Under the pieces are notes generated by a model that made no database searches, had not been told where the DNA came from, and worked only from the letters and a program-made list of their open reading frames with translations. Source: Deltaproteobacteria bacterium (lineage in GTDB: Bacteria > Desulfobacterota > Desulfomonilia > UBA1062). From it: a DNA stretch of 64,000 nucleotides. Within the stretch, counting starts at the first letter, position 1, and each line of letters starts with the position of its first letter. The translations under genes and the position numbers were made by a program. The stretch covers positions 11,034-75,033 of the forward strand of contig DSBG01000092.1 in the NCBI GenBank assembly GCA_011046135.1, given 5' to 3'. This document shows positions 20,064 through 29,843 of this stretch, piece after piece.

Positions 20064-20080
20064 GTGGCATTGATATTGCT
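20064..20080 (+). promoter_or_regulatory. sigma-54 promoter upstream of flgF
   Basis: TGGCAT-tgata-TTGCT has GG and GC at consensus -24/-12 spacing. It lies 28 nt upstream of the flgF ATG and is followed by the RBS GAGGGAGGA. Confidence 0.55.
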
Positions 20081-20107
20081 CAAAGGACAGCCGAGGGAGG
20101 AAGTCAT

Positions 20108-20845
20108 ATGGAACAGGGAATGTACACGGCGGCCTCAGGTGCCATTGCCTTGGAAGAACGTCTTGAGGTGATATCCAATAACCTTGCCAACGTGAATACT
20201 ACCGGGTTCAAAAAAGATGCACTGGTGTTCGAAGAATTCTCGCGAATACTTGATACAGCATCGCTGGCTCCCGGTCAGTATCGCACTACACCGGTGGATG
20301 TCCGTGTGGGGGGATATTTTGTCGACACAACACCAGGTCCAGTCAGGATGACGAGGAATCCCCTCGATGTGGCCGTGATGGGAGATGGGTTTTTCGTCGT
20401 GAATACCGATGATGGCCCCCGGTATACCCGATCAGGATCGTTTCAGCTTTCTCCCGAGGGTGTCCTCGTGACTGTTCATGGGGATGCAATCCAGGGGGAA
20501 GGGGGTGATATCTTCATCGAAGATGGTGAGCTTGTCATCGATTCGAGTGGAAGCATCAGCATCAATGGTGCCGTCACCGATACGCTCCAGGTCGTGAAGA
20601 TCCCAGCGGAGGCACTTCTCCGGGAGGGAAACGGCCTCTTCTCCATAAGGGAAGGGTATTCCCCGGAGGTTCTTGACGCCCCTTGGGTCGCTCAAGGCAG
20701 CATCGAGGCCTCGAATGTCGATCCCATTCGGGAGATGATAACCATGATCACTGTTCAACATGCATACGAGTCGATCCAGAAGGTAATCAAGACAATCCAG
20801 GATAGTTATTCCCACTCCATACAGAAGGTGGGCACTATTGCATAA
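20108..20845 (+). CDS. flgF: flagellar basal-body rod protein FlgF
   Basis: An N-terminal rod motif (MYTAASGAIALEERLEVISNNLANVNTTGFKKD) and the C-terminal helix conserved in FlgF/FlgG. Confidence 0.8.
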   Translation: MEQGMYTAASGAIALEERLEVISNNLANVNTTGFKKDALVFEEFSRILDTASLAPGQYRTTPVDVRVGGYFVDTTPGPVRMTRNPLDVAVMGDGFFVVNTDDGPRYTRSGSFQLSPEGVLVTVHGDAIQGEGGDIFIEDGELVIDSSGSISINGAVTDTLQVVKIPAEALLREGNGLFSIREGYSPEVLDAPWVAQGSIEASNVDPIREMITMITVQHAYESIQKVIKTIQDSYSHSIQKVGTIA

Positions 20846-20863
20846 CAAAAAGGAGGAGAAGAC

Positions 20864-21646
20864 ATGATACGGGCAATGTGGACCTCTGCATCAGGTATGA
20901 GCGCACAGCAGATGATCATCGATGTCATGGCAAATAATCTTGCAAACGTGAATACAACCGGCTTCAAGAAGAGCAGGACGGAATTCGAAGATCTCTTCTA
21001 TGCAACCTATAAAGAGAAGGGAAATCCCAGCGCACTAGGCGGGACCGTGCCGGTAGGGATTCAGGTGGGTATGGGAACACGCCCGGTTTCTGTTCAGAAG
21101 ATTTTCACCCAGGGAGATTATGTTGAAACAAAGAACAATCTCGATCTTGCCATCGAAGGAAACGGGTTTTTTCTCTTATTTTCAGACGGTGAAGAAATCT
21201 ATACCCGAGACGGCGCCTTCAAGATCGACAGCGAAGGATACATTGTGAATTCAAGGGGAGAGCGGCTTCAGCCGGATTTTTCTGTTCCCACTGAGACAGC
21301 CTCCATAACCGTAGACAAGAACGGAGAGATCGCCTGTCTGTCATCGGCAGGTGATGTGATCAGCCAGGGGCAGATTCCCCTGTACCAGTTCACGAACCCT
21401 GCGGGACTCAAGTCCATAGGCAGGAATTCGTACATTACGACCCCCGCGTCGGGAGATCCGATCCAGGGAGTTGCAGGAAGCGTCAATTTTGGCACCATCT
21501 CTCAGGGCTATCTGGAGATCTCCAATGTGGATGCGGTGGAAGAGATGATCAATATGATCGCTGGTCAGAGGGCCTACGAGATCAATTCCAAGGCCATCAA
21601 AACAGCGGATGCCATGTTGCAGGTTGTCAGCAACATCGCACGGTAA
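20864..21646 (+). CDS. flgG: flagellar distal rod protein FlgG
   Basis: A 260-aa protein with ANNLANVNTTGFKK near the N-terminus and a GQRAYE…NSKAIKTADAML C-terminus. Confidence 0.9.
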   Translation: MIRAMWTSASGMSAQQMIIDVMANNLANVNTTGFKKSRTEFEDLFYATYKEKGNPSALGGTVPVGIQVGMGTRPVSVQKIFTQGDYVETKNNLDLAIEGNGFFLLFSDGEEIYTRDGAFKIDSEGYIVNSRGERLQPDFSVPTETASITVDKNGEIACLSSAGDVISQGQIPLYQFTNPAGLKSIGRNSYITTPASGDPIQGVAGSVNFGTISQGYLEISNVDAVEEMINMIAGQRAYEINSKAIKTADAMLQVVSNIAR

Positions 21647-21654
21647 GGGACATC

Positions 21655-22605
21655 ATGAAACAGGTTCTGCTGATTGTCCTGAGTGTGATCCTTCTGACAC
21701 CACCTGAGATCGTATCGGGTGAACCGACCCTTATCCAACTCAGGGAAAAAGCCGATGTCTCAGGGGATACGGTGCTCCTGAAGCATATCGCAGCTCTTAC
21801 GGGACCTGACGCGCACGATCTCGCCGGTCTTTCCATCATGCCTGCTCCACAGAGTCCTCTTCCCTCGAGTATTTCAGCGATGTACGTGGCTCAAAAAGTG
21901 CGGGCAATGCATTCTGGAGTAGTTGCATTCAGCGGTTCAGAAGAGGTGTCCATTACTCAGCGTTATGTGACTATTCCAACCAAGACGCTGGAGGAGATCT
22001 TCATCAGGGAAGTCATGGCGAAATCCCCCTGGAAGGATCATGCCACGATCGTTGTTGAGAACTTCAAGACTCCGGGACATGTTCGCGTACGAGAGATTGA
22101 CGCTCAGAGGTCCCAGGCAAAATTTTCCCCTCATGAGAACTTTTTGGGACTCACGACCATGACTCTGCAGTTTGGACGCGGTTCAAGCTCAGCGTCTTTC
22201 AACCTCTCAGCCCGTGTACGTGCCATTGCCCATGTGCCTGTTGCGAAAACACCGATCGATCGCGGAGCGCTCATCACACGAGCGGATCTGGAAACACGCG
22301 AACTTGATATCTCTGCCTTTCCATCCATCATCCTGGATCCGCAGGAGTGTGTGGGGATGAGGGCAAAGACAGGGCTCAGACAAGGGCGACCTATCCTGAG
22401 AATCAATGTAGAGGTTCCACCGGTAGTCTCCCGGGGAGATCTCGTGACTCTCGAGGTGAGGGTAAACAGCCTCATCGTACAGGACAAGGGGATCGCCTTG
22501 AGAGACGGGAATTTCTCGGATCAGATCCCGGTAAAAAACATAACATCTGGAAAGCAGGTGATTGGCACCGTTATTGCTGTATCAGTCGTACAGGTGAAAA
22601 TTTAG
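21655..22605 (+). CDS. flgA: flagellar P-ring assembly chaperone FlgA
   Basis: A signal peptide and a C-terminal SAF/FlgA domain (…GDLVTLEVRVNSLIVQDKGIALRDG…), between flgG and flgH. Confidence 0.75.
   Translation: MKQVLLIVLSVILLTPPEIVSGEPTLIQLREKADVSGDTVLLKHIAALTGPDAHDLAGLSIMPAPQSPLPSSISAMYVAQKVRAMHSGVVAFSGSEEVSITQRYVTIPTKTLEEIFIREVMAKSPWKDHATIVVENFKTPGHVRVREIDAQRSQAKFSPHENFLGLTTMTLQFGRGSSSASFNLSARVRAIAHVPVAKTPIDRGALITRADLETRELDISAFPSIILDPQECVGMRAKTGLRQGRPILRINVEVPPVVSRGDLVTLEVRVNSLIVQDKGIALRDGNFSDQIPVKNITSGKQVIGTVIAVSVVQVKI
22563..22578 (+). promoter_or_regulatory. sigma-54 promoter inside the 3' end of flgA, upstream of flgH
   Basis: TGGCAC-cgtta-TTGCT is a perfect match to TGGCAC-N5-TTGCW. 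It lies 37 nt upstream of the flgH start and is followed by the RBS AGGAGGA. Confidence 0.55.
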
Positions 22606-22614
22606 GAGGAAGAA

Positions 22615-23307
22615 ATGATCCAGCGATACAGTGTCATGGTTGCTGCTCTCCTGGTTTTGAGTGCTTGTGCCCACACGAGAAGCGGGCCTGAGTTTATCGA
22701 AGACACGATGGCTATTCCCGTGGAGGAAGAGCCCGTAGTCGTTGAGGCCCCTGGGTCATTATGGACACCCAGCGCCAAATTTGTGAACATGTACGGAGAT
22801 TTGAAGGCGTCTCGTGTTGGGGATATCGTTGTCGTCCAGGTTGTCGAGAGCTCGTCGGCCAACAAGGAAGCTAAGACAGAATCGGAGAAATCGAGCTCGG
22901 TCGACAATTCCGTCGACAATGTCCTCGGGTTGCCGCTTGATGCATCATCGGTCTTCGGATATAAGCTCAGCCCGACGCTTGCTGCGTCATCGTCCTCGGA
23001 TTTCGAGGCCGATGGAAAGACCTCGAGGAAAGGTTCTATCAGTGCGGTCGTCTCTGCAAGGGTTGTGCGCGTGCTTCCTTCGGGTAATATGATGATCAAC
23101 GGAAAGAAGCAGATCAGGGTGAATAACGAGCACCAGTACATCATTCTCTCCGGCATTGTTCGGCCCGAAGATATCAGCCCGTCAAACTCAATACAGTCGA
23201 CGTACATAGCCGACCTGCACCTTGACTACTACGGAAGTGGCATCATCGGTGACCAGCAAAACAAAGGTATTCTGGGCAGGGCCTTTGACAAAATATGGCC
23301 CTTCTGA
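22615..23307 (+). CDS. flgH: flagellar L-ring lipoprotein FlgH
   Basis: A lipobox (LVLSAC) and FlgH-family C-terminal repeats (…TYIADLHLDYYGSG…). Confidence 0.85.
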   Translation: MIQRYSVMVAALLVLSACAHTRSGPEFIEDTMAIPVEEEPVVVEAPGSLWTPSAKFVNMYGDLKASRVGDIVVVQVVESSSANKEAKTESEKSSSVDNSVDNVLGLPLDASSVFGYKLSPTLAASSSSDFEADGKTSRKGSISAVVSARVVRVLPSGNMMINGKKQIRVNNEHQYIILSGIVRPEDISPSNSIQSTYIADLHLDYYGSGIIGDQQNKGILGRAFDKIWPF

Positions 23308-23315
23308 GGTATGAC

Positions 23316-24401
23316 ATGAAAAGACTCTGTTTGGTTGTCCTCATTCTCATTCTGGGTGCTCACAATCTCTATGCGGTTCGGATCAAAGATCTTGTCGAAA
23401 TACAGGGCGTTAGGGAAAATAAGCTCACGGGATACGGGCTTGTTGTGGGGCTCACCGGAACAGGAGACAAGTCCGGTGCTGAAGTAACCATTCGCTCTCT
23501 TGCAAACATGTTGAGAAACATGGGCATTCAGGTCGATCCCACTACCTTGAAGCCCAAGAATGTTGCAGCGGTGATGGTCACCGCCAGCCTGCCGCCCTTT
23601 GCCAGGAGTTCACAAAAGCTCGACTGTACCGTGTCGTCCCTGGGTGATTCATCATCACTGGCCGGGGGAACCCTCATCTCCACCCCCCTGTTCGGACCTG
23701 ATGGAAAGGTCTATGCCATGGCACAGGGACCGGTGACTGTCGGAGGATTTGCCGTGGGCGGGGTCGGTGCCGGGATTGTCAAGAATATTCCCACTGTGGC
23801 AATGATTCCTTCCGGTGCAATTGTGGAACGATCGATGGATGCCTCCCTTGGTCCCCGGATACTGTTGTTGATGAACAATCCTGATTTCACCACCACGCAA
23901 CGGCTTGTGCGAACCATCAACGAGAAACTCGGAACAGAGGTTGCACACGCGCAGGATCTCACTTCCGTCGAAATCCAGGTTCCCCAGCAGTACCTCAACA
24001 GGATCGTAGATTTTGTTGCACTGATTGAATCAGTTGATGTCGCCCCTGATAACAGGGCGAGGGTAGTTGTCAATGAACGTACCGGGACCGTGGTCATGGG
24101 CGATGATGTGAGAATCTCCACCGTGGCCATTGCCCATGGGAATTTGAGCATCAGGATTACCGAGGAGCCTGTGGTATCTCAGCCGCTGCCGTTTTCTCGC
24201 GGCGATACCGTGATTCTTCCCCGGACCGGTGTGACCGTGGACGAAGGAGGAAAGAGCCTGGTGGTGCTTCCGAGCGGTACAACCATCGCAGATCTCGTCG
24301 GGGCCCTCAATGCGATCGGGGTAACGCCCCGGGATCTCCTGGTCATTCTGCAGTGCATAAAGAGCGCCGGTGCGCTGTATGCAGAACTGGAGGTCATATG
24401 A
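23316..24401 (+). CDS. flgI: flagellar P-ring protein FlgI
   Basis: A signal peptide followed by the FlgI core (RIKDLVEIQGVRENKLTGYGLVVGLTGTGD). The start is placed at MKRL at 23316, which has an RBS; the track ORF begins 21 nt earlier and overlaps flgH. Confidence 0.9.
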   Translation: MKRLCLVVLILILGAHNLYAVRIKDLVEIQGVRENKLTGYGLVVGLTGTGDKSGAEVTIRSLANMLRNMGIQVDPTTLKPKNVAAVMVTASLPPFARSSQKLDCTVSSLGDSSSLAGGTLISTPLFGPDGKVYAMAQGPVTVGGFAVGGVGAGIVKNIPTVAMIPSGAIVERSMDASLGPRILLLMNNPDFTTTQRLVRTINEKLGTEVAHAQDLTSVEIQVPQQYLNRIVDFVALIESVDVAPDNRARVVVNERTGTVVMGDDVRISTVAIAHGNLSIRITEEPVVSQPLPFSRGDTVILPRTGVTVDEGGKSLVVLPSGTTIADLVGALNAIGVTPRDLLVILQCIKSAGALYAELEVI

Positions 24402-24721
24402 TGTACGACGTAAGCCCCCTGACTCACATCCGGCATACGAACCCAGAGAAGGCCCTCGAGAAGGCATGCAAGGACTTTGAAGCCATTTTTATCCACCAGC
24501 TCCTAAAATCCATGGGCAAGACCGTGTCCGAGGGGATACTCGATGCAGGACTTGCCGATGAGATCTACAAGGACATGCTCTACATGAATATTGCGAGTTC
24601 GGTGGCTCAGTCAGGGGGACTTGGGCTCTCGGAGATTCTCAGTGAGTACATCAGGACCGATGGCACGCAAGAGCATGCAACCCGATTCCTGCCTGGTGAT
24701 AGGATTTCAACGAGCGAATGA
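24398..24721 (+). CDS. flgJ: flagellar rod-assembly protein FlgJ, rod-binding domain only
   Basis: It contains the Rod_binding motif FEAIFIHQLLKSMGKT…GGLGLSEIL and has no C-terminal glucosaminidase domain. Its ATG overlaps the flgI stop (ATGA). Confidence 0.7.
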   Translation: MMYDVSPLTHIRHTNPEKALEKACKDFEAIFIHQLLKSMGKTVSEGILDAGLADEIYKDMLYMNIASSVAQSGGLGLSEILSEYIRTDGTQEHATRFLPGDRISTSE

Positions 24722-24767
24722 GTCTCTGGTATGGAACAGGGAAAACAATGAAAGCCGGGGTGAGTAC

Positions 24768-25187
24768 ATGACCTGTACAGACATGATGGCGGCACTCGGG
24801 AAAGAAAAAGAGCTGATTGCAGCACTCAACGTGTGTCTCGAAGAGGAATTGGGATATATCTCAGCCCAGGACCTTGTGGGGCTGGAAGAATCTTTGCCGC
24901 ACAAGCAGAAACTGCTCCTCGAGATTGCGAAGAACAGACAGGGGATTGATATGGAGAGGGACCCCGACCAGGAACATGCACAGACCATCGGGATCCTTCA
25001 GCAGGAACTTATTGAACTGTGGAAAAAGGCAAACAACTTCAACGAATTGTCCAAGACGCTCGTGAGTAGCAGGCTCAATGACATTGAACGTCAGATCGCC
25101 ATCTTCCTTGCAGGGCTGAAGGGAACCTATACCAGACAGGGGAAGACGTCGGGTGTGCCTGCGCGCATGATAAAGACGGGAGTTTAG
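24768..25187 (+). CDS. FlgN-like flagellar export chaperone (candidate)
   Basis: An all-helical protein of about 140 aa immediately upstream of flgK. The start could be any of several nearby Met codons. Confidence 0.5.
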   Translation: MTCTDMMAALGKEKELIAALNVCLEEELGYISAQDLVGLEESLPHKQKLLLEIAKNRQGIDMERDPDQEHAQTIGILQQELIELWKKANNFNELSKTLVSSRLNDIERQIAIFLAGLKGTYTRQGKTSGVPARMIKTGV

Positions 25188-25188
25188 T

Positions 25189-26964
25189 ATGTCTAGCATA
25201 GGCGGGGCATTCGACATTGCACGATGGTCCATGTATTCCTCGCAGCTGGCCATCCAGATCACTGCACATAACATCGCCAACGCAAACACCGTCGGTTATT
25301 CGAGACAGAGCTTGCGTGTGGAGGCCAACAACCCAATCACCACCGGACCCGGCCAGATTGGGACTGGTGTTCGAGCCGCAGAGGTGATGAGGTCCTACGA
25401 TGCGTTCATCAATGAGCAGGTCTCGCAGAAAACTTCTGAGTATTTTTTCTGGAATGCCAAGAGAACTGCCATGGAGGAGATTGAGACAATCTTCAATGAG
25501 ACCAATGGGTTCGGGATCAATGCACAGATGGGAGAGTTCTGGAATGCATGGAGTGATCTTGCCAACCACCCCGAAGGGATACCGGAGCGTGAGGCCCTCC
25601 TGGCAAAAACAGACAATCTAATCCAGCACGTTCAGGATATTGACTATAATCTCAGATTCTACCAGATGCACCTGGACAGCGGCATCAGAGGATCCGTTGG
25701 TCATATCAATACTCTTATAGAGCAGATCGCTGACCTGAATAAAAGCATATCCAGCGTGGAGATCGATGGCCTCATTAACGCAAACGATCTGCGTGACCGC
25801 AGGGAACTTCTTTTGGAACAGCTCTCTGAATATCTGGATATCTCTTATTATGAAGAGGAAAATTCCGGTCAGATCATGGTCTACATCCTCGGTGGCACAC
25901 CGCTGGTGCTGGGCAAGGATGCCTATGAGCTCAGCATTGAGAGGAATCTCAGCACGGGGTTTTCAGACATACTGTGGATTGATTCATCGGGAAGGACGGT
26001 GAATATTACCAACAAGCTGAAAGGGGGAAAGATCTCCGGATGGATTGATGTAAGAGACAGAGATATCCCTTCATACCTCGAAATGCTCAACACGCTGAGC
26101 CGTGAACTCGTCTGGCAGGTCAATTCGCTGCATGCAGAAGGAGTGGGGCTTGCCCCGGTCACCTCCATGGTGGGGACGGTGTCAATATCCCAGGCAAGTG
26201 ACGATCTCGGTGCAGACTTTCTGTTCAGCAGCAGATATCAGCCAGGGGGGAATTTTGAAATCGTTGTCTATAACCAGACAGGAGCAGTGGCTGACACCTA
26301 TGTGATCACCCCCGCTGGAGATACGGTTCAGGACCTCATCGACGCCGTCAATTCAGTATCAGGGGGAGAGATCAGTGCATCCCTGAGCGGAGGAACGAGC
26401 GGATATTTCCAGATTCAGGCCTCCGGGGATTTCAGCTTCGCCATCAAAAAGGTCCCTGAGAGCCAGTCGAACAATTCCCTTGCCCTCCTGGGTGTCAACA
26501 CCTTCTTTTCATGGAGTGAGCAGACGGGATCCATGATGGAGGACATAACCCGAACCATGGATGTGAATGCTTCCCTGAAGGGAAATCCTCACCTCATCAG
26601 TGCAGGATACCTTGACAGTGAAGGCAGGGTTGCTCCTGGCCAGAATGAAGTGGCCCGAGCCATTTTCTCCCTGCAGGACAAGGTGATCCCCGACATGGGA
26701 GGCAGTGGTACAGACACCACCCTGAGTACCTTTTACAGCGCATTCATTGGAAAGGTTGGTGTGGATGTCACCAATGCAGTACAGAACGAGAAGTACAACG
26801 ACAGTCTCCTGGCGCAGTATAGCCGGAGGAAAGAGTCCATCACGGGAGTCAATCTCGATGACGAGATGGCTGAACTCCTCAAGTTTCAGCATCTCTACCA
26901 GGCAGCAGCCAAGATGATCTCCATTGCCGACGAGATGATGCAGACATTGCTTTCAATCAAATAA
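25189..26964 (+). CDS. flgK: flagellar hook-associated protein 1 (FlgK)
   Basis: A 591-aa protein with an N-terminal axial-family helix (QLAIQITAHNIANANTVGYSRQ) and a C-terminal LLKFQHLYQAAAKM motif. Confidence 0.85.
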   Translation: MSSIGGAFDIARWSMYSSQLAIQITAHNIANANTVGYSRQSLRVEANNPITTGPGQIGTGVRAAEVMRSYDAFINEQVSQKTSEYFFWNAKRTAMEEIETIFNETNGFGINAQMGEFWNAWSDLANHPEGIPEREALLAKTDNLIQHVQDIDYNLRFYQMHLDSGIRGSVGHINTLIEQIADLNKSISSVEIDGLINANDLRDRRELLLEQLSEYLDISYYEEENSGQIMVYILGGTPLVLGKDAYELSIERNLSTGFSDILWIDSSGRTVNITNKLKGGKISGWIDVRDRDIPSYLEMLNTLSRELVWQVNSLHAEGVGLAPVTSMVGTVSISQASDDLGADFLFSSRYQPGGNFEIVVYNQTGAVADTYVITPAGDTVQDLIDAVNSVSGGEISASLSGGTSGYFQIQASGDFSFAIKKVPESQSNNSLALLGVNTFFSWSEQTGSMMEDITRTMDVNASLKGNPHLISAGYLDSEGRVAPGQNEVARAIFSLQDKVIPDMGGSGTDTTLSTFYSAFIGKVGVDVTNAVQNEKYNDSLLAQYSRRKESITGVNLDDEMAELLKFQHLYQAAAKMISIADEMMQTLLSIK

Positions 26965-27006
26965 TCAGGTAGTATTCTGCAAACGTTTCTGGGCAGGGGG
27001 ATTTGA

Positions 27007-27246
27007 TTGCTGATATTGACCAGGAAGGTCGGGGAAGTAGTCGCCATTGGCGATGACATTCAGATCTCCATCGTTGAAATCAAGGGAATGCAGGTCAAGC
27101 TCGGGATCCAGGCACCCAGAGACGTACAGGTGCACAGGGAAGAGGTGTATCTCAAGATTCAGGAGGAAAATCGGCGTGCAGCGCTTGTTTCGAAGGACAG
27201 TCTCGGAATGGCTGAGGATTTGCTCTTGAAAAAGGAGAGTCCATGA
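27007..27246 (+). CDS. csrA: carbon storage regulator CsrA
   Basis: [19 protein letters not shown]…[16 protein letters not shown] matches the CsrA fold almost residue for residue. The start is a TTG with GGGGGA upstream. Confidence 0.85.
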   Translation: MLILTRKVGEVVAIGDDIQISIVEIKGMQVKLGIQAPRDVQVHREEVYLKIQEENRRAALVSKDSLGMAEDLLLKKESP

Positions 27247-27298
27247 TGCACAATCACGCGGTGAGACCGTCTGTGCGCAGACACAACAAAGCAGGAGG

Positions 27299-27559
27299 TT
27301 GAAAATCATGCGATGGCTCTTGAGCGGTATAGTATGGCTTATTCTCGCACCATTCAGGATCATAAAGTTCATTCTGTCCGATATCCTGCTCTTCGGGATA
27401 ATCGGAGGGGTGCTGTCTCTCATCAGGTCTTTCATCAGGATAATCACGAAGATTCTCTTGAATCCCATCACGCTCCTCATTCTTGCTGGGGCAGCAGCTG
27501 CTTTCGTGATTTCAGGCGAAGAAAGAAAGAATAAAGTCAAGGCCATTGTGGGGCTCTAG
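27299..27559 (+). CDS. small hydrophobic protein (about 86 aa, 2-3 transmembrane segments), hypothetical
   Basis: An ORF with hydrophobic segments after csrA. No family was recognised. Confidence 0.3.
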   Translation: MKIMRWLLSGIVWLILAPFRIIKFILSDILLFGIIGGVLSLIRSFIRIITKILLNPITLLILAGAAAAFVISGEERKNKVKAIVGL

Positions 27560-27946
27560 CCTCCACGAATCCCTCAGGGCGCTCCTCTCCTGACTGGAAT
27601 AGTTCCTCAGGGTGGAGTCTGCCCAGTTCAGTGATGATCTTTTTCCTGGTAATCGATTCAAGGGATAGCTGTGCCCCCTTCAAGGGCAGAGTTGTCAGCC
27701 GGGGAACTCTTCACCTCACATCATAACTCCAGGGACACGGCTTTTTTGCGGGCAGAAAGCCTGGCTGTGCCGTACATTGAGAGCGATGCTTCGGGAGAGC
27801 CACGGTTGAGAAAGGCGGACGTGAACGCTAAAAGGCGGGATGGTCCCTGTGGTTGACCACCCCGCCTGTGAGCAACGATTGGAAGACTATGGTATTCTTT
27901 GAACCGATGAGCTTCCCGCTACGACAGAGCGAAATCCAGGTGCCTG

Positions 27947-28321
<375 letters not shown>

Positions 28322-28480
28322 TTAGTGTGTTCGTCGAAGTCAGCATGTAACTCCGCTATCTTACCCGTCAAGAAAGGCGAAGGTCAATACCGTTTGGGCA
28401 GAAAAACAAGAAAACGTAGCGGTTGTGAGCCTGGCCAGCTATATTTTTCATAATAATCTGAATGGATTGCTCTCGATTCG

Positions 28481-29188
28481 TCAGTGGGCTTCCTCCATGG
28501 CACCGCTGATGTACATCATGGCAAGGAGGGTGAACACAAAGGCCTGCAGAACCGCGGTGAAGATCATGAGAACAAGAAAAGGCATGGGAATCAGGAAGGG
28601 GACGAGGACCAGGAGGACCACGAGTACCAGATCTTCGCCGAAGATGTTGCCGAAGAGCCTCATGGTAAGAGACACTGGGCGGGCCAAGTGGCCGATGAGT
28701 TCCACCGGAACCATGATAGGAGCCATCCACCACACAGGGCCGACGAAGTGTTTGAGGTATTTCATGCCATGAATCTTGATTCCTACGATGTGAGTCAGAA
28801 GGAAGACCACCAGTGCCATGGACAGGTTGGTGTTCAGGTTGGCCGTGGGTGAGTACAATCCCGGGATAATGCCACCTAGATTGCATACAAGAATGAACAG
28901 TGCCAGGGTGGCAATAAGGGGGAAGAAACGCAATCCATGTTCACCCATGGTATTTACCAGGAGGCTTCTCAGAACGCCCAGGACTACTTCGAGAAAGTTC
29001 TGGAGTCTGCCGGGAACCATTTTGAGACTCTTAATCAGAATGAAGGACACGATGATGAGGACGAGCATGTAGAACCAGCTGTAGGTCACGTGGTACATAT
29101 GATTTCCGTCGGCGAGATGGAAGGTGTGTTCTAAAAAATAATAGAGAGGTTTTGTGATGAAATCGAGAATAAGGAAACCATGATCCAT
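28481..29188 (-). CDS. atpB: F0F1 ATP synthase subunit a
   Basis: The conserved LTMRLFGNIFGEDL motif with the essential Arg, and 5-6 transmembrane segments. The start is MDHGF at 29188. Confidence 0.85.
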   Translation of the reverse strand: MDHGFLILDFITKPLYYFLEHTFHLADGNHMYHVTYSWFYMLVLIIVSFILIKSLKMVPGRLQNFLEVVLGVLRSLLVNTMGEHGLRFFPLIATLALFILVCNLGGIIPGLYSPTANLNTNLSMALVVFLLTHIVGIKIHGMKYLKHFVGPVWWMAPIMVPVELIGHLARPVSLTMRLFGNIFGEDLVLVVLLVLVPFLIPMPFLVLMIFTAVLQAFVFTLLAMMYISGAMEEAH

Positions 29189-29189
29189 G

Positions 29190-29573
29190 TTATTCTCCTC
29201 CTGCAATAATGTAGATGTAGCATGCATAGCTCATGATACCCAGCATGACGACGGACAGACCCAGGAGTAGTCCAAGCACATCGATGTGGAGAACCCCGAT
29301 CAGTGCATAGAGGATGATGCCCGTAGTGATCAGCCGGATGATGTAGCGTTTCTTCATGAACGATGTTCCCTGGTTGTCTCTCAGGGAGATGGCTTTCTTG
29401 GCGTGGGAGTAAAGCCACTGGAAATTGAGAATACAGATGGCACCACCAAGGAATACCCCCAAGGCGAACATGGTTCCGAACATGAGCAGCCCCCCGAGGC
29501 AGAGGAGAATCCAGATCGCATAGGTGAGATGCTCGATGCGTTTTTGAGCAGGGTCTTTACTTTCGGCTGTCAT
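29190..29573 (-). CDS. atpI: ATP synthase protein I (AtpI-like), membrane protein
   Basis: A 127-aa, four-helix hydrophobic protein immediately upstream of atpB. Confidence 0.5.
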   Translation of the reverse strand: MTAESKDPAQKRIEHLTYAIWILLCLGGLLMFGTMFALGVFLGGAICILNFQWLYSHAKKAISLRDNQGTSFMKKRYIIRLITTGIILYALIGVLHIDVLGLLLGLSVVMLGIMSYACYIYIIAGGE

Positions 29574-29805
29574 CCGGTTTATTCTCTCTGAAGAAGCGCA
29601 TATAATTTTTATACATGATGCGGAATCCAGACAAGATGCCCCCGAAGATGAACAACAGGGTGAAAATCGGTTCGGTCCCCATTCGATTGTCGAGATACAG
29701 GCCGATCACAAGACCCAAGACAATGGATATCACCATCGCAAACCCCATGGTGGAAAGGTCTGCGACGGAAAGGTAAAGGTTTTTCTTGTCCTTGTCGTTA
29801 CCCAT
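29557..29805 (-). CDS. AtpZ/AtpR-like small membrane protein (ATPase_gene1 family)
   Basis: An 82-aa protein with a GFAMVISIVLGLVIGLYLDNRMGTEPIFTLL pattern typical of AtpZ. It is the first gene of the F0 operon. Confidence 0.5.
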   Translation of the reverse strand: MGNDKDKKNLYLSVADLSTMGFAMVISIVLGLVIGLYLDNRMGTEPIFTLLFIFGGILSGFRIMYKNYMRFFRENKPDDSRK

Positions 29806-29843
29806 GGATTCCCTGCTTATTTAACCCCAATCAATGCGAGGGC

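Noticed and set aside
26981-27009. GG…TTGC motif resembling a sigma-54 -24/-12 element in front of csrA
   Set aside because: The -24 region is GGGGGA rather than TGGCAC, and the TTG is the csrA start codon. The match is fortuitous.
26965-27546. A 193-aa minus-strand ORF covering csrA and the downstream small gene
   Set aside because: It is antisense to an unmistakable CsrA coding sequence and has no recognisable domains. This is a shadow ORF from GC-rich codon bias.
27560-27946. Candidate terminator hairpins and a cctcaggg direct repeat between the convergent small-protein gene and atpE
   Set aside because: The stems are 5 bp or shorter with bulges and have no U-tracts. This is not strong enough to call a terminator.
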